From an uncultured Coriobacteriaceae bacterium (GTDB lineage Bacteria; Actinomycetota; Coriobacteriia; Coriobacteriales; Atopobiaceae), in NCBI GenBank assembly GCA_902798915.1, contig CADBYM010000007.1:109201-133200 (forward strand): 24,000 bases of DNA, in the 5' to 3' direction. Below are positions 1-8,865 of this stretch, piece after piece. Made by a program: the position numbers and the translations under genes. Each line of letters begins with the position of its first letter. Position 1 is the stretch's first letter. The notes under the pieces are model-generated. The model saw nothing but the letters and a program-made list of their open reading frames with translations, ran no database searches and had not been told where the DNA came from.

Positions 1-743
1 CGGCGATTGACGTCTCGCCCGAGAGCGCCCGAGCCCTGCCGATGAGCTACATCGAGTCATTCATCGAAGAGGATATGCATAAGGTTGACGAGCGACGGCG
101 TGACAAGGGCAAGATGGCGCGCCTCATGCGCTCGCTTGCCCGCAATGCCGAGCAGGCGGCGACCCCCAAGACGCTCATCAGAGACATGACGGCGGAAGAC
201 GGGGCCACGCCCCTAGCGGACGAGACGATCGACGACTACATGGACGTCCTCGAGCGCACCTTCATTCTCGAGAAGATCGGTCCGTGGAGCCCCAACGTCC
301 GCTCGCCGCTGCGCATAAACAAGAAGCCCAAGTACCACTATACAGACCCCTCTCTCGCGGCCGCCGTATTGGGGGTGACTCCCGACATGCTGCTGGGAGA
401 CTTCGAGACGTTCGGCTTCCTGTTCGAGGGCATGTGCACGCGCGACCTGCTCGTGTACGCGCAGGCAATTGGCGGTAGGTTGTACTACTACCGCGACCGC
501 GATGACCTGGAGATTGACGCCGTCATCGAGGCGTCGGACGGTGCCTGGGGAGGCTTGGAGATAAAGCTTGGCCACAACCAGGTAGACAAGGCCGCCGCGA
601 ACCTTCGGCGTGTGCGCGACAAGGTCGTTGCGGCGGGCGGGAGGCCGCCCTCATTCCTCGCTGTGGTCGAGGGGCTTGGCACCTATGCATATACGCGCCA
701 AGATGGCGTGCATGTCGCGCCGATTCAAACGCTCTGCCCGTGA
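1..743 (+). CDS. AAA+ ATPase with DUF4143-like C-terminal domain, 3' part only (5' end outside window)
   Basis: The reading frame is open from the window edge (listed ORF 42..743). The about 230 aa align along their length with the C-terminal half of the complete Walker-A/B ATPase at 14454..15710. Shared blocks are DPS(L/I)AAA.LG, TFG.LFE..C..DL.VYA, LE.DAV and (L/M)E(I/V)KLG. Identity is roughly 35-40% by eye. Confidence 0.75.
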   Translation, partial: AIDVSPESARALPMSYIESFIEEDMHKVDERRRDKGKMARLMRSLARNAEQAATPKTLIRDMTAEDGATPLADETIDDYMDVLERTFILEKIGPWSPNVRSPLRINKKPKYHYTDPSLAAAVLGVTPDMLLGDFETFGFLFEGMCTRDLLVYAQAIGGRLYYYRDRDDLEIDAVIEASDGAWGGLEIKLGHNQVDKAAANLRRVRDKVVAAGGRPPSFLAVVEGLGTYAYTRQDGVHVAPIQTLCP

Positions 744-804
744 GAGCGGAGGCCTGGGGCGCTGTTTGCCATTTTGGGTTCAGGCCGCCGCCCCATTTCC
801 CCGT

Positions 805-877
805 ACCCGACGGCTGCTGGGAGGTCGCTTGGGACCCTGACCTCCAATACGACGAGGACGGCTTGCTGATGTTCTAG
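805..877 (+). pseudogene. Relic of a VOC (glyoxalase/bleomycin-resistance fold) gene: only the last ~24 codons plus the stop remain
   Basis: acccgacggctgctgggaggtcgcttgggaccctgacctccaatacgacgaggacggcttgctgatgttctag aligns with the 3' ends of the three intact VOC genes (...DPD.YYWEVAWGPDF.YDEDGMLVF*). No upstream VOC sequence is present. A repeat copy follows it, as it does after the intact VOC genes. Confidence 0.7.
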
Positions 878-1096
878 AGTTATCATGTCTACCAGCACAA
901 ACGCGGTCTAGTGACGTCATGACGTCATCCGACTTCGAATAAGGCGACGTCACGGGTGCGGGAACGGTGCCCGTGACGTCGCTTTGATGTCTGCAGGGAA
1001 GATAGTCAAAACTGCGGAGGAGACAGGAGACGTGGCGGAGCGTCTCGAGCCACCACAGGCCACCTCTATGACGCCTTTCAGATTGAGTGGGAGTAA
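878..1096 (+). repeat. Family-R repeat, copy A (core only; diverges right after the GATTGAGTGGGAGTAA box)
   Basis: Alignable by eye to the copies at 10125, 13960, 16232, 18193 and 23745. It contains tgacgtcatgacgtca, the 13-bp perfect hairpin gcgacgtcacggg(944..956)/cccgtgacgtcgc(970..982), and cagattgagtgggagtaa at 1079..1096. Confidence 0.85.
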
Positions 1097-1153
1097 ACCG
1101 GAGGGCAAAACACTCTTTCACGGTTTACCCCAAAAACACAAGATGCAACGCGA

Positions 1154-1202
1154 TTCGCGAAATGTTTCGCGAAAAGTTCTTTGCTTCCTAAATTGATATA
1201 CT
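1154..1202 (+). promoter_or_regulatory. Operator-like inverted repeat (TTCGCGAAA-tg-TTTCGCGAA, 1154..1173) followed by an extended -10 (TGaTATACT, 1194..1202)
   Basis: The perfect 9-bp inverted repeat and the TGnTATACT motif were read directly. They lie about 45 bp upstream of the ATG at 1247. No clear -35. Confidence 0.3.
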
Positions 1203-1246
1203 GCAAAGAAACTTCGTTGGGCTTGCATGCGAGGACGGGCATCAAC

Positions 1247-1687
1247 ATGGAGCTTCAAACGCTGCAGGAAATTCTCGCACGAGGAGAGACGGCCACAGTG
1301 AAGTTCAATGGGCGGGTCGTCGGCGTTCCCGAAGCGGCGATTTCAGACATACAGCGCAACATCGCAAATAACGTTCTTCGAAGGGGGCATTACGCTCAAG
1401 GACTTCAGCCCGGTGCCGACCTACTGAGGGGGATCCGCGCCAGGAGCAAGGGGGAGCTCAAGGAGCGGATCCTCAGGTACTTCGACAAGGTCAACGAGGT
1501 GCCCGTGCCCTACAGGTGGACGTGGGGCCTCGACGACATCGACCTCGGCGGGGAGGACGTGGACTCCATACCCTTCGAGGTGGTGAACGCCAAGGCCTGC
1601 CGCCCGGAGGACAGGAGCAAGAGGGCGCCGACGCCTCCCAGGAGGGGGCGACGGCCTAAGAAGGGGGACGGGCAAACTGCTCGCTAA
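1247..1687 (+). CDS. Hypothetical protein, possibly chimeric; the central segment resembles the C-terminal tail of IS630-type DDE transposases
   Basis: ORF 1181..1687, with an internal ATG at 1247 (MELQTLQEIL...). The segment SKGELKERILRYFDKVNEVPVPYRWTW resembles the conserved ...I..YI...N....PF.WT tail of IS630-family transposases. Composition shifts from lower to higher GC near 1430. No DDE core is present. Confidence 0.3.
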   Translation: MELQTLQEILARGETATVKFNGRVVGVPEAAISDIQRNIANNVLRRGHYAQGLQPGADLLRGIRARSKGELKERILRYFDKVNEVPVPYRWTWGLDDIDLGGEDVDSIPFEVVNAKACRPEDRSKRAPTPPRRGRRPKKGDGQTAR

Positions 1688-1764
1688 TTACCGTGGCTTC
1701 TACTAGTTGTCCCCGCAGGCCGTTTCGAGCGACCTGCGGATGTGCATGCAGCGCATGAATGACG

Positions 1765-3294
1765 TTACTGCAAGGGAATCGCTTCGCTTACGAACGTGCC
1801 CATTTCCTGCATGGTCGCCTCGTCGAAGTCCATCATGCGCACGGTGTGCGGCTTCGTGTCGCTGACAAACATCTTCACGTTCGGGTTGTCCGTGTCGTGC
1901 ATGCGCAGCGAGTACCACGGGTCGCTGCTGCCGTAGATGAACATGATCTTCGCTTCCGAGGTGTCGATCCACCTGGTCACGCCCTCGTAGAACGCGCCAT
2001 CATAGGCGAACGCCTGCTGCTGCTCGGGCGTGAACACCATCTTGAACACGAAGTTCTCCTCGTCTTCGGGCTTCACCGTCAGCACGTCTCCGAGGCCCGC
2101 TGCCTCGCATGCCCGGCGCAGGTACGAGAAGTCGTAGTGGTACTGCCCGTACTGCGAAGCAGCTCCCACGTAGTACGGCCAAGCGGGATGGTTCGCCGCC
2201 CAGTCGGTGGGGCTTGCCAGGACGAGGAGGAACTGGAGTTCGGCTTCCAGCTTCGCGCTCTTCTCGCTATCGGTCCCCTCGGGCATGGCAAGAACCGCCT
2301 TCATGTCCTCGAAGCTCACATCCATGTCCGGGTTGGAGCTCGTCTCCTGGTTGGACTGCCATTCCTGCACGGCCAGCTCGGCCACGGCCAGATCGAACAG
2401 GTTCCCTTCGGTCACGTACTCGCGGTACACGCTGCCTTGCTCTTCGCAAAGTTCCTTGAGCGCGGGGGCCAGGGCGTCCTTGTTCTTCATGAGCTCCACC
2501 TGGAACGACGACACCAGGTCGCGGTACTCTTTAGCTTTCTCGGCGCCATACTTCTCGTCACCGATTTTGGTGTACACGAATTCATAGCAACGCGGATCCT
2601 CGCGGCCACTGCTGAACGGTCCGACGTAGGGCACGTACAGGCCCATGTCCTCGGGGTAGTAGTAGGCGTACGACGTGCACACCTCTCCGCCGCGGCTCGT
2701 GCCGGTGGCAGCCCACGGGCCGTCGAGAACCTTGGAGAGCTCAGTGTAAATATGGTGGTAGTCAGCGGCGGCGTTCTCGGACGTCAGGTACTGCCAGCCT
2801 TCCGTGTCGTCATTCGACAGGCTCGCGGGCCTGGATTGCCCGAAGAAGCGGTGCTCCACATGGATGTAGTTGCCAGAGAGTATAGAGCAGAGCTCATGCG
2901 CGTCATCCGTGGCAATTCTCTGATCGAACAGCAGGTAGCCGTCGGTCTCCATGACGTTCGCCTTGGCGTCCTTGACAATACCGACCTCCACGCGCTGCGG
3001 GAACGTGCCGGCCGGAGGGTTCTTGTGGTCGAGCGGCTGCTCGAATGTAACAACGTACTTTTCGGCGTACACCTGCGACCCGCTGACGTCGACCGGATCG
3101 ACGCTCTTCACGCCGTCGAGAGCCGCGAGCGCTTGCGCCATCGACGACCCGCTGGCGCTTGCGGACGATGTGCTTGCGCTCGTGCCGTTCGCAGACGAGC
3201 TGTCGGAGCTGCCGGCGTTCCCACCACAGGCGGCGAGCGCCAGGGCCAGAGCGGCAGCCATGGCCATCACCGCAAATGCTTTCAAGAATCTCAT
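1765..3294 (-). CDS. Secreted lipoprotein, alpha/beta-hydrolase serine peptidase (S28/S37-like)
   Basis: ORF 1765..3336. The preferred start is Met15 at 3294, preceded by AAGGAGG (revcomp of 3301..3310). The N-terminus MRFLKAFAVMAMAAALALALAACGG is a lipoprotein signal with a lipobox Cys. A GTSRGG (GxSxGG) nucleophile motif and HRFFGQSRP / YLTSENAAADYH blocks are typical of S28/S37 peptidases. Confidence 0.75.
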   Translation of the reverse strand: MRFLKAFAVMAMAAALALALAACGGNAGSSDSSSANGTSASTSSASASGSSMAQALAALDGVKSVDPVDVSGSQVYAEKYVVTFEQPLDHKNPPAGTFPQRVEVGIVKDAKANVMETDGYLLFDQRIATDDAHELCSILSGNYIHVEHRFFGQSRPASLSNDDTEGWQYLTSENAAADYHHIYTELSKVLDGPWAATGTSRGGEVCTSYAYYYPEDMGLYVPYVGPFSSGREDPRCYEFVYTKIGDEKYGAEKAKEYRDLVSSFQVELMKNKDALAPALKELCEEQGSVYREYVTEGNLFDLAVAELAVQEWQSNQETSSNPDMDVSFEDMKAVLAMPEGTDSEKSAKLEAELQFLLVLASPTDWAANHPAWPYYVGAASQYGQYHYDFSYLRRACEAAGLGDVLTVKPEDEENFVFKMVFTPEQQQAFAYDGAFYEGVTRWIDTSEAKIMFIYGSSDPWYSLRMHDTDNPNVKMFVSDTKPHTVRMMDFDEATMQEMGTFVSEAIPLQ

Positions 3295-3567
3295 TCTGTT
3301 TCCCCTCCTTACGAAGCACGCCTTTTCATGATACACCTGACTCGCGGCCAGCGTCTCCTGCGTCTGCCGGCGAGGGCTGCTCCCGCACCGGCGAGGGCAG
3401 TCGTGGCAACGCCAGCAACCGACGTCGCGTCGCCTTGGCCATGTCGGCCCCTTTTCCCGGCGCGTCGCGTCGAAGACAAGCGCCTGTTATTCGGTTTCGT
3501 GCCGATACGAGGGCGAAAAAGTTATAATGTGCAATGCGATTCAGGCCAAAGGTGGTAGGAGAAGCTC

Positions 3568-6357
3568 ATGAAGGAACATTGGAAGTACAAAAAGCCGGTT
3601 GCGGTCGTCACCTCGATCGCGTTGGCGTTCTCGCTCGCGGTGGCTCCGAGGGTCGCGAGCGCCCGCGGCGCGGAAGACGAGCTCGCTGTTGGTACGATGG
3701 CCATGGACGGCATTCCCGAATGGGCGGTCGACGACGGTGCGGATGATTTCGCGCTCACCGCGCAATCGGCTCTGCCAAGCAAGTATGACCTGCGCAGCGA
3801 CGGCTTGGTGACGCCCGTGAAGAGCCAGTCCCCGTGGCGGGCGTGCTGGGCGTTCGCCGCGTTCGCCGGCATCGCCGCAGCCGAGACCTCGATGCTCTCG
3901 GCAACGGGTTTCACGGCTGAGGAGAGCCCGACAGACCTCTCCGAGCGCCATCTCGCATACTTTGCGCTGAATCCCGTTACCGAGGTCGACGATTCCGTAC
4001 AGGCGGGCGAGGGCATGTATACGATGAGCACCGACCGCAATGCGGCGTTCGACGCCGGCGGCGCGCCCGTGTACATCACCACCCTGTTTTCGCAAGGCGT
4101 CGGTCCGCAGGCGGAGGCAATGTTCCCGTACCGCGGGGTGGATGCGCAAGGGACGTCGCGCCTCAGCAACCAGGCGTTTGAAAGCGATCCGGAGGGCACC
4201 ACGCTTCTCCTGTATGCATCTGCAGAGGGCAAAACTGCGGACGAGTACAAGGGGACGCTGGAGAAGGAAGCAAGGGACACTGGCTCTACCTACGAAGAGG
4301 TGCTCAAACCTAAAATGGAGGAAGCTAAAAAGTACTGTGAAGGCGATTCCACCTATTTCTATCTTGACGACTGGACGATCCCCGCAACCGATGGCAGCGG
4401 TAACTCCAACCGCACGCTTACCCCCTTCATGACGTTGAGGGACGGCAACGTGCTGCCCGAGTACCAGACTATGGACGCGACTGGGACCGATGTGACTCCC
4501 AACCCTCAGAGCATCGCCGCCATGAAGCAGGAGCTGGTGAACGGCCACGGCGTCTCCATATCGTATAAGGCAGACAAGGCGTCACCCGGCGAGTCGGGTG
4601 ACTCGCGCTACATCAACCGCGATAATTGGGCCCAGTACACCTTCGAGATAGATAACGGCACCCATGCCGTGTGCATCGTCGGCTACGATGACGACTACCC
4701 GGCATCCAACTTCACGCATGACGTATTTGCAAGGGTGAAAGACGAAAGCGGTAGATACGTTCTCGCCAAGGACGCTGAGGGGAATCCTATTGTTGATCCC
4801 GATGCCACCGCAGCATCCACGCCTCCCGGTAACGGCGCGTGGATCGTGAAGAACAGCTGGGGTTCCGAGACCGACCAGACAACGGACGACCTCGGCAACG
4901 TGATCGGGACCGGCACCTATGGCGTGCGCGACGCGGATGGAAAGGCCACCGGGTACTTCTACCTCTCCTACTACGACAAGACCATCTCGCAGCCCGAGAC
5001 CATGACCTTCTCGCCCGATTTGCTGGACGCTGCCGGTGACTTCGAGGTCCTGCAGCACGACTACATGGCCGCGCAGGGCGGCTTCTACACCACGCCGACC
5101 ACAACTGACGTCACGAGCTCGGCGAACGTCTTCGAGGCACCGCAAGACCTCTCGATCAAGGCCGTCTCCACGCGCACGTCGGAAGAGAACCAACGCGTGA
5201 CCTTTGCCATCTACGAGCTAAAGGACGGCGCCACAGAACCCACCGACGGCACGATGCTCTACCGCACCTCGCGCAACTTCGAATATGCCGGTTTCCACCG
5301 CCTGGACCTCGATTGGGTCCTCGAAGTGAAGGCCGGGAAAAGGATCGCCGTCGTCTCGACCGCGTCCACCTTGGACGGCGGCGGCACGCGCCTCTATAGC
5401 GCTTCCGCGAACCAAGCAGCATTAACGAAACAGTCCGTGGAGTTTTTGAACGGGATGAGCGTGCCGGTGCCCATGTACGGCGAGGCGGTCGTGAACGAGG
5501 GGGAGAGCTTCCTGTTCTCGAACGGGCAATGGGTCGACTGGAGCGAGCATATTGCCGCGTTGCCACCAGTGGCAGGGGTCCCCATCCCGGGAGTTACGCT
5601 TCCCGGGGACTCCTACATCGAGCAGTTCCCCATCGACAACTTCTCCATCAAGCTGTATGCCGTGCCTGTGGAAATAACGCTCACGCACCAAGAGGCCAAA
5701 GCGGCCACCTGCACCGAGCCGGGCAACATCGAGTACTGGTACTACGACACGACCGACACATCCGAGGGTCAGAGGCGATACTACAAGGACCAAGACGGCA
5801 AGGAGGAGATCGAGCTGGCAGACACCGTTATCGCTCCGCTCGACCACAAGTGGGGGGCTTGGACGGAGCTCGATGGCGAGCAGCACCAGCGTGTGTGCGA
5901 GCGCGACTCGTCGCATGTGGAGAAGGCGGAACACGTTTGGGACGAGGGCGAGGTGACTACGGAGCCCACGGCCACGAACGACGGCGTGCGCACCTATATC
6001 TGCAAGGATTGCGGAGCGACCAAGACCGAGAGCATCCCCGCAACGGGCTCCGAGCAGAAGGGCGACGACGACAACGCCAAGACGGGCGATGCCGCAACGA
6101 CGGGAACGCCCAGCACCGGAGCTCCCACCAGGACGGGTGGTCCCGCAACGACGGGAACGCCCAGCACCGGAGTTCCCACCAGGACGTCCGGTACTAGCAG
6201 CGTCGCGGCGAAAGCGAATACGGGGCTGGCCAGCACCGGAGATTCCATGGCGGCGTTGCCGGCGCTTGCCGCAATGGGCCTGAGCGGCTTGGTTCTGCTC
6301 GTGGCGGGCAGCAGGATGCATGTCGGCCGCCGTCGTGACAAAGGGGATGAGTCTTAG
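3568..6357 (+). CDS. Cell-wall-anchored papain-family (C1) cysteine peptidase with an LAXTG sorting signal
   Basis: AGGAGA RBS upstream and a signal peptide (MKEHWKYKKPVAVVTSIALAFSLAVAPRVASA). C1 catalytic motifs are SQSPWRACWAFA (Cys), GTHAVCIVGYDD (His) and WIVKNSWG (Asn). The C-terminus has LASTG (6226..6240), a hydrophobic span and an RRRDK tail, which is a sortase class E-type LAXTG signal. Confidence 0.85.
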   Translation: MKEHWKYKKPVAVVTSIALAFSLAVAPRVASARGAEDELAVGTMAMDGIPEWAVDDGADDFALTAQSALPSKYDLRSDGLVTPVKSQSPWRACWAFAAFAGIAAAETSMLSATGFTAEESPTDLSERHLAYFALNPVTEVDDSVQAGEGMYTMSTDRNAAFDAGGAPVYITTLFSQGVGPQAEAMFPYRGVDAQGTSRLSNQAFESDPEGTTLLLYASAEGKTADEYKGTLEKEARDTGSTYEEVLKPKMEEAKKYCEGDSTYFYLDDWTIPATDGSGNSNRTLTPFMTLRDGNVLPEYQTMDATGTDVTPNPQSIAAMKQELVNGHGVSISYKADKASPGESGDSRYINRDNWAQYTFEIDNGTHAVCIVGYDDDYPASNFTHDVFARVKDESGRYVLAKDAEGNPIVDPDATAASTPPGNGAWIVKNSWGSETDQTTDDLGNVIGTGTYGVRDADGKATGYFYLSYYDKTISQPETMTFSPDLLDAAGDFEVLQHDYMAAQGGFYTTPTTTDVTSSANVFEAPQDLSIKAVSTRTSEENQRVTFAIYELKDGATEPTDGTMLYRTSRNFEYAGFHRLDLDWVLEVKAGKRIAVVSTASTLDGGGTRLYSASANQAALTKQSVEFLNGMSVPVPMYGEAVVNEGESFLFSNGQWVDWSEHIAALPPVAGVPIPGVTLPGDSYIEQFPIDNFSIKLYAVPVEITLTHQEAKAATCTEPGNIEYWYYDTTDTSEGQRRYYKDQDGKEEIELADTVIAPLDHKWGAWTELDGEQHQRVCERDSSHVEKAEHVWDEGEVTTEPTATNDGVRTYICKDCGATKTESIPATGSEQKGDDDNAKTGDAATTGTPSTGAPTRTGGPATTGTPSTGVPTRTSGTSSVAAKANTGLASTGDSMAALPALAAMGLSGLVLLVAGSRMHVGRRRDKGDES
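6094..6190 (+). repeat. 51-bp tandem duplication inside the C1 peptidase stalk (TTGTPSTG.PTRT.G x2)
   Basis: gcaacgacgggaacgcccagcaccggag(c/t)tcccaccaggacg occurs at 6094 and again at 6145. Confidence 0.8.
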
Positions 6358-6480
6358 TTCGTCGGGAATGAGCCAGCGGAAAGTGCTCTCACGCACATAG
6401 GAACCCGCTGGCAAATGATATCCAAGTGGTATGATAGTTTCACCATACGATGCATGTCTGCGGTAGAAAGGTGGTAGCAC

Positions 6481-7407
6481 ATGAGCATTCAGCCTCAAAG
6501 AGATGGACAATCATACGAGTACACAACGTTTCCCCGTGTGTTTGTGACCTACGCATGGTTCAAGCCGTTGCTGGTTGCCCTGCTTACGGCGGTGTTTACT
6601 CTCGTGATTCAAGGCATTACGCTCCTCATTTGCCTACTTTGGCTAGGAGACCCAGCATTAATGAGAGAGGCCATGAGCAACTCAAGCCCTTACTTCTACT
6701 CCGGGCCGGGTCTTCTCGTGGCGGTTGGCGGGGTTGCCGGCATGCTGCCCGCCCTGGCGCTTGCCGAACGCATCGTGCGCGGTCGACCCTTCTCGTCGTA
6801 CTCGTCGTCGCGCGGCGGCTGGAACTGGGCGGCGTTCATTAAGTGCTTCGCCCTGGCAGCGGTCGTGTTCGGCGCTGAGGCCGTCGCCATGATCCTCGGT
6901 CTGCCCGATCCGGGGGCCGACGGCATCAACAAGTTTACCATTATCGGAGCCATCCTCTGCGTCGTGGTCGTGCCCTTACAGGCTGCGGCGGAGGAGTACA
7001 TCTATCGCGGCCTGCTGATGCAGGCGATCGGATCCTGGACAAAGCTTCCCGCGTTGGCCATGGTCTTGTCGGCGATCGTCTTTGGGATTTCGCATAGCTA
7101 TGGAGTTCTCGGCATCACCGCCGTCGGCATCCAAGGTCTGGGTTTTGCCTTCCTCGCGTGGTATAGCAGAGGACTTGAGGCGTCCAGCGCAGCCCACGCC
7201 GCCAATAACCTTTCGGTATTCATCTTCTCCGGTCTCGGTTTAGCGTCAGCGGGGTCAGGAGGAGTCGAGACGGTCTTGATATCGTCTGGCGTAATGCTGC
7301 TCTATTGTGCGTGCATCGTGCTGCTGGATAGGAAGTTCAACTGGTTCACGTCCCAAGGCGACGGCGTTACGGCCTTCAACGAGAAGTACGGCTCGAAGGC
7401 AGCGTAG
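6481..7407 (+). CDS. CPBP family (CAAX/Abi-type) intramembrane glutamic/metallo-protease
   Basis: Polytopic membrane protein carrying the three CPBP motifs: EEYIYRGLL (EExxxR), FGISH (FxxxH) and AAHAANN (HxxxN). Confidence 0.85.
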   Translation: MSIQPQRDGQSYEYTTFPRVFVTYAWFKPLLVALLTAVFTLVIQGITLLICLLWLGDPALMREAMSNSSPYFYSGPGLLVAVGGVAGMLPALALAERIVRGRPFSSYSSSRGGWNWAAFIKCFALAAVVFGAEAVAMILGLPDPGADGINKFTIIGAILCVVVVPLQAAAEEYIYRGLLMQAIGSWTKLPALAMVLSAIVFGISHSYGVLGITAVGIQGLGFAFLAWYSRGLEASSAAHAANNLSVFIFSGLGLASAGSGGVETVLISSGVMLLYCACIVLLDRKFNWFTSQGDGVTAFNEKYGSKAA

Positions 7408-7603
7408 GTGCTGCCAACAGGCTAAACCGCTGCCCCGAAAAGAACGGGCAAAGCAGAACCACCCTGCCGCGCCCGGCCTTTTCGGTAATGCGCCAAAATG
7501 GCGTTCCTGCATTCTTGGGTTTTCCCTACGAATCGGACTCCCGACGGCCGATTTAGGAACGATTTAGAACTTCCGCGCCCCCCTGATCTACCGCTATTCG
7601 CAC

Positions 7604-7954
7604 TTGATGGGCGAGACGATGGACGCCGGGCGCATCGCCTTGGTCTTCGTGCAGCTGTTCGGCGAGGAGCTGTTCAAGACAAACATGATGCTTGGCATCC
7701 TCTTGCTGCTGTTCCGCAGGTCGGGCAACCGCAAGAGCGCCATCGTTATCGCCACGCTCGTGACCGCACTCGTCTTCGGGCTCGCGCACTATGCCGCCTA
7801 TGGCTCCATCGTGCAAATCCTGCTCGTCCAGGGGCTGGGGTGCATCATCGACGTGTTCGCGTACCTCAAGACGAAGAACATACTCACGTCGTACGCCGTT
7901 CACCTGCTGCTCGACTTCATCCCTCTCGGTTTGGTAGCGCTCGGGGCGCTGTAG
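7604..7954 (+). CDS. Small CPBP/Abi-domain membrane protein (minimal or N-terminally truncated)
   Basis: Hydrophobic 116-aa ORF with degenerate CPBP motifs GEELFK, FGLAH and AVHLLLD. The start codon is uncertain. It overlaps a longer, Arg-rich ORF (7498..8130) in another frame, which I discount. Confidence 0.5.
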   Translation: MMGETMDAGRIALVFVQLFGEELFKTNMMLGILLLLFRRSGNRKSAIVIATLVTALVFGLAHYAAYGSIVQILLVQGLGCIIDVFAYLKTKNILTSYAVHLLLDFIPLGLVALGAL

Positions 7955-8016
7955 ACCGGCGCGACGGCAGCTGCGCTACCCCTGCTCTGAATCATAGGGG
8001 TCGCCTCGCCCATGGA

Positions 8017-8130
8017 GCAGCTCATATCTCGGTGTTCGCGTTCAAGGAGCCGGTCAACATCCCGATGGTTTTGGGCATCGCCTTGTGCGTCGCGGGCGGC
8101 CTCGTCGTGAACCTCTGCTCGCAGGGCTAG
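8017..8130 (+). pseudogene. 3' fragment of an SMR/DMT-type small membrane transporter gene
   Basis: Only the last ~37 codons of ORF 7498..8130 look protein-like: ISVFAFKEPVNIPMVLGIALCVAGGLVVNLCSQG*. This resembles the final TM helix of SMR/EamA-type transporters. The upstream part of that frame is Arg/His-rich noise. Confidence 0.35.
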
Positions 8131-8846
8131 GCCGCCGTCATGTACCCCGGCGTGCTCACCGTGTCGATGCGGAAGTACGTGTACGCCGTCTTGTTGCTGG
8201 CCCATGTGGTGCCGTTTCCGCCAACGAGCGACGTGGAGCACGAGTAGAAGCACTGCGAGCCCGTGATTCCGCTCGCAGGCAGCGCCCAGCTCGCGTCGGC
8301 CTGGATGGTCGTGAGCCTGCTGCACCCCGAGAACGTGTAGAACAGGTTCGTGAGCGCCGACGGGTCGAAGCCCCGGAAGTCGATGCTCATGAACGCGCAA
8401 GAGCTGAACGTGTAGCGCATGGAGCGCACGCCCGAGAGGTTGCCAAGCCCGGAGACGCTCGCCAGGTTCGTGCAGCTGTAGAACAGGTAGTTCAGGTTCA
8501 GGTACGGGAACGTGGCCATGTCGGCGGCGAAGGTCGCGCTCGTGAGGTACTGGCGGTGCGTCGGGCCCGTCATGCCGTCCCAGGGCGTGAAGCCCAGGCC
8601 GACGTACTTGCCGATCGCGCAGATCCGCCCGCTCGCGACGAGCTCGCGCGTGGCGTCCGGCGTGGAGGTCGCCGTGAGCACGCCCTCGCCGTCGGCGTAG
8701 CAGTGGGCCCAGAACCAGGTGCGGGCGTCGTTGTTCGGGTCGGTGAGCACGCCGCCGGCGCCCAGCTTGCACACGCTCGCGCCGCTTGTTGTCGAGGGCA
8801 CGAAGCCGTCCGTGCCGCCCACCAGGCGGTTGCAGCTGTTGAACAT
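8127..8846 (-). CDS. BspA-type leucine-rich-repeat / DUF285-like surface protein fragment (no signal peptide; probably 5'-truncated)
   Basis: Reiterated F.SC..L / F.GC..L units (LFYSCTNLASVSGL, YTFSSCAFMSIDF, LFYTFSGCSRLTTI, QCFYSCSTSLVGG) are typical of DUF285/BspA repeats. The ORF starts abruptly within such a repeat (MFNSCNRLVGG). Confidence 0.6.
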   Translation of the reverse strand: MFNSCNRLVGGTDGFVPSTTSGASVCKLGAGGVLTDPNNDARTWFWAHCYADGEGVLTATSTPDATRELVASGRICAIGKYVGLGFTPWDGMTGPTHRQYLTSATFAADMATFPYLNLNYLFYSCTNLASVSGLGNLSGVRSMRYTFSSCAFMSIDFRGFDPSALTNLFYTFSGCSRLTTIQADASWALPASGITGSQCFYSCSTSLVGGNGTTWASNKTAYTYFRIDTVSTPGYMTAA

Positions 8847-8865
8847 GAGCGAGCCGGAGAGTCCC

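Noticed and set aside
780-1121. ORFs on the minus strand of repeat copies (780..1121, 10179..10469, 15725..16429, 18254..18568, 23605..23970) that share peptides like Q(S/N)DVTGT..APVTSP
   Set aside because: The similarity follows from nucleotide conservation of the repeat. The frame is not maintained between copies (copy E reads in a different frame). Indels are not multiples of three, and the conserved blocks are palindromes. This is a non-coding element, not a gene family.
1708-1736. Hairpin ccgcagg-n13-cctgcgg between the convergent genes at 1687/1765 as a bidirectional terminator
   Set aside because: It has only a 7-bp stem, a 13-nt loop and no U-tract on either strand. This is too weak to call.
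1759-3558. 599-aa plus-strand ORF overlapping the peptidase gene
   Set aside because: It is an antisense shadow ORF of the well-supported minus-strand lipoprotein peptidase. Its Arg/His/Val/Leu-rich composition is typical of the wrong strand in high-GC DNA. It has no RBS, no motifs, and runs across the intergenic promoter region.
3541-6510. Long minus-strand ORFs (3541..4548, 3522..4280, 5422..6510, 4582..5193) opposite the C1 peptidase gene
   Set aside because: These are antisense or out-of-frame shadows of a CDS with clear catalytic motifs, a signal peptide and a sorting signal. They are Arg/Pro/Gly-rich and low-complexity.
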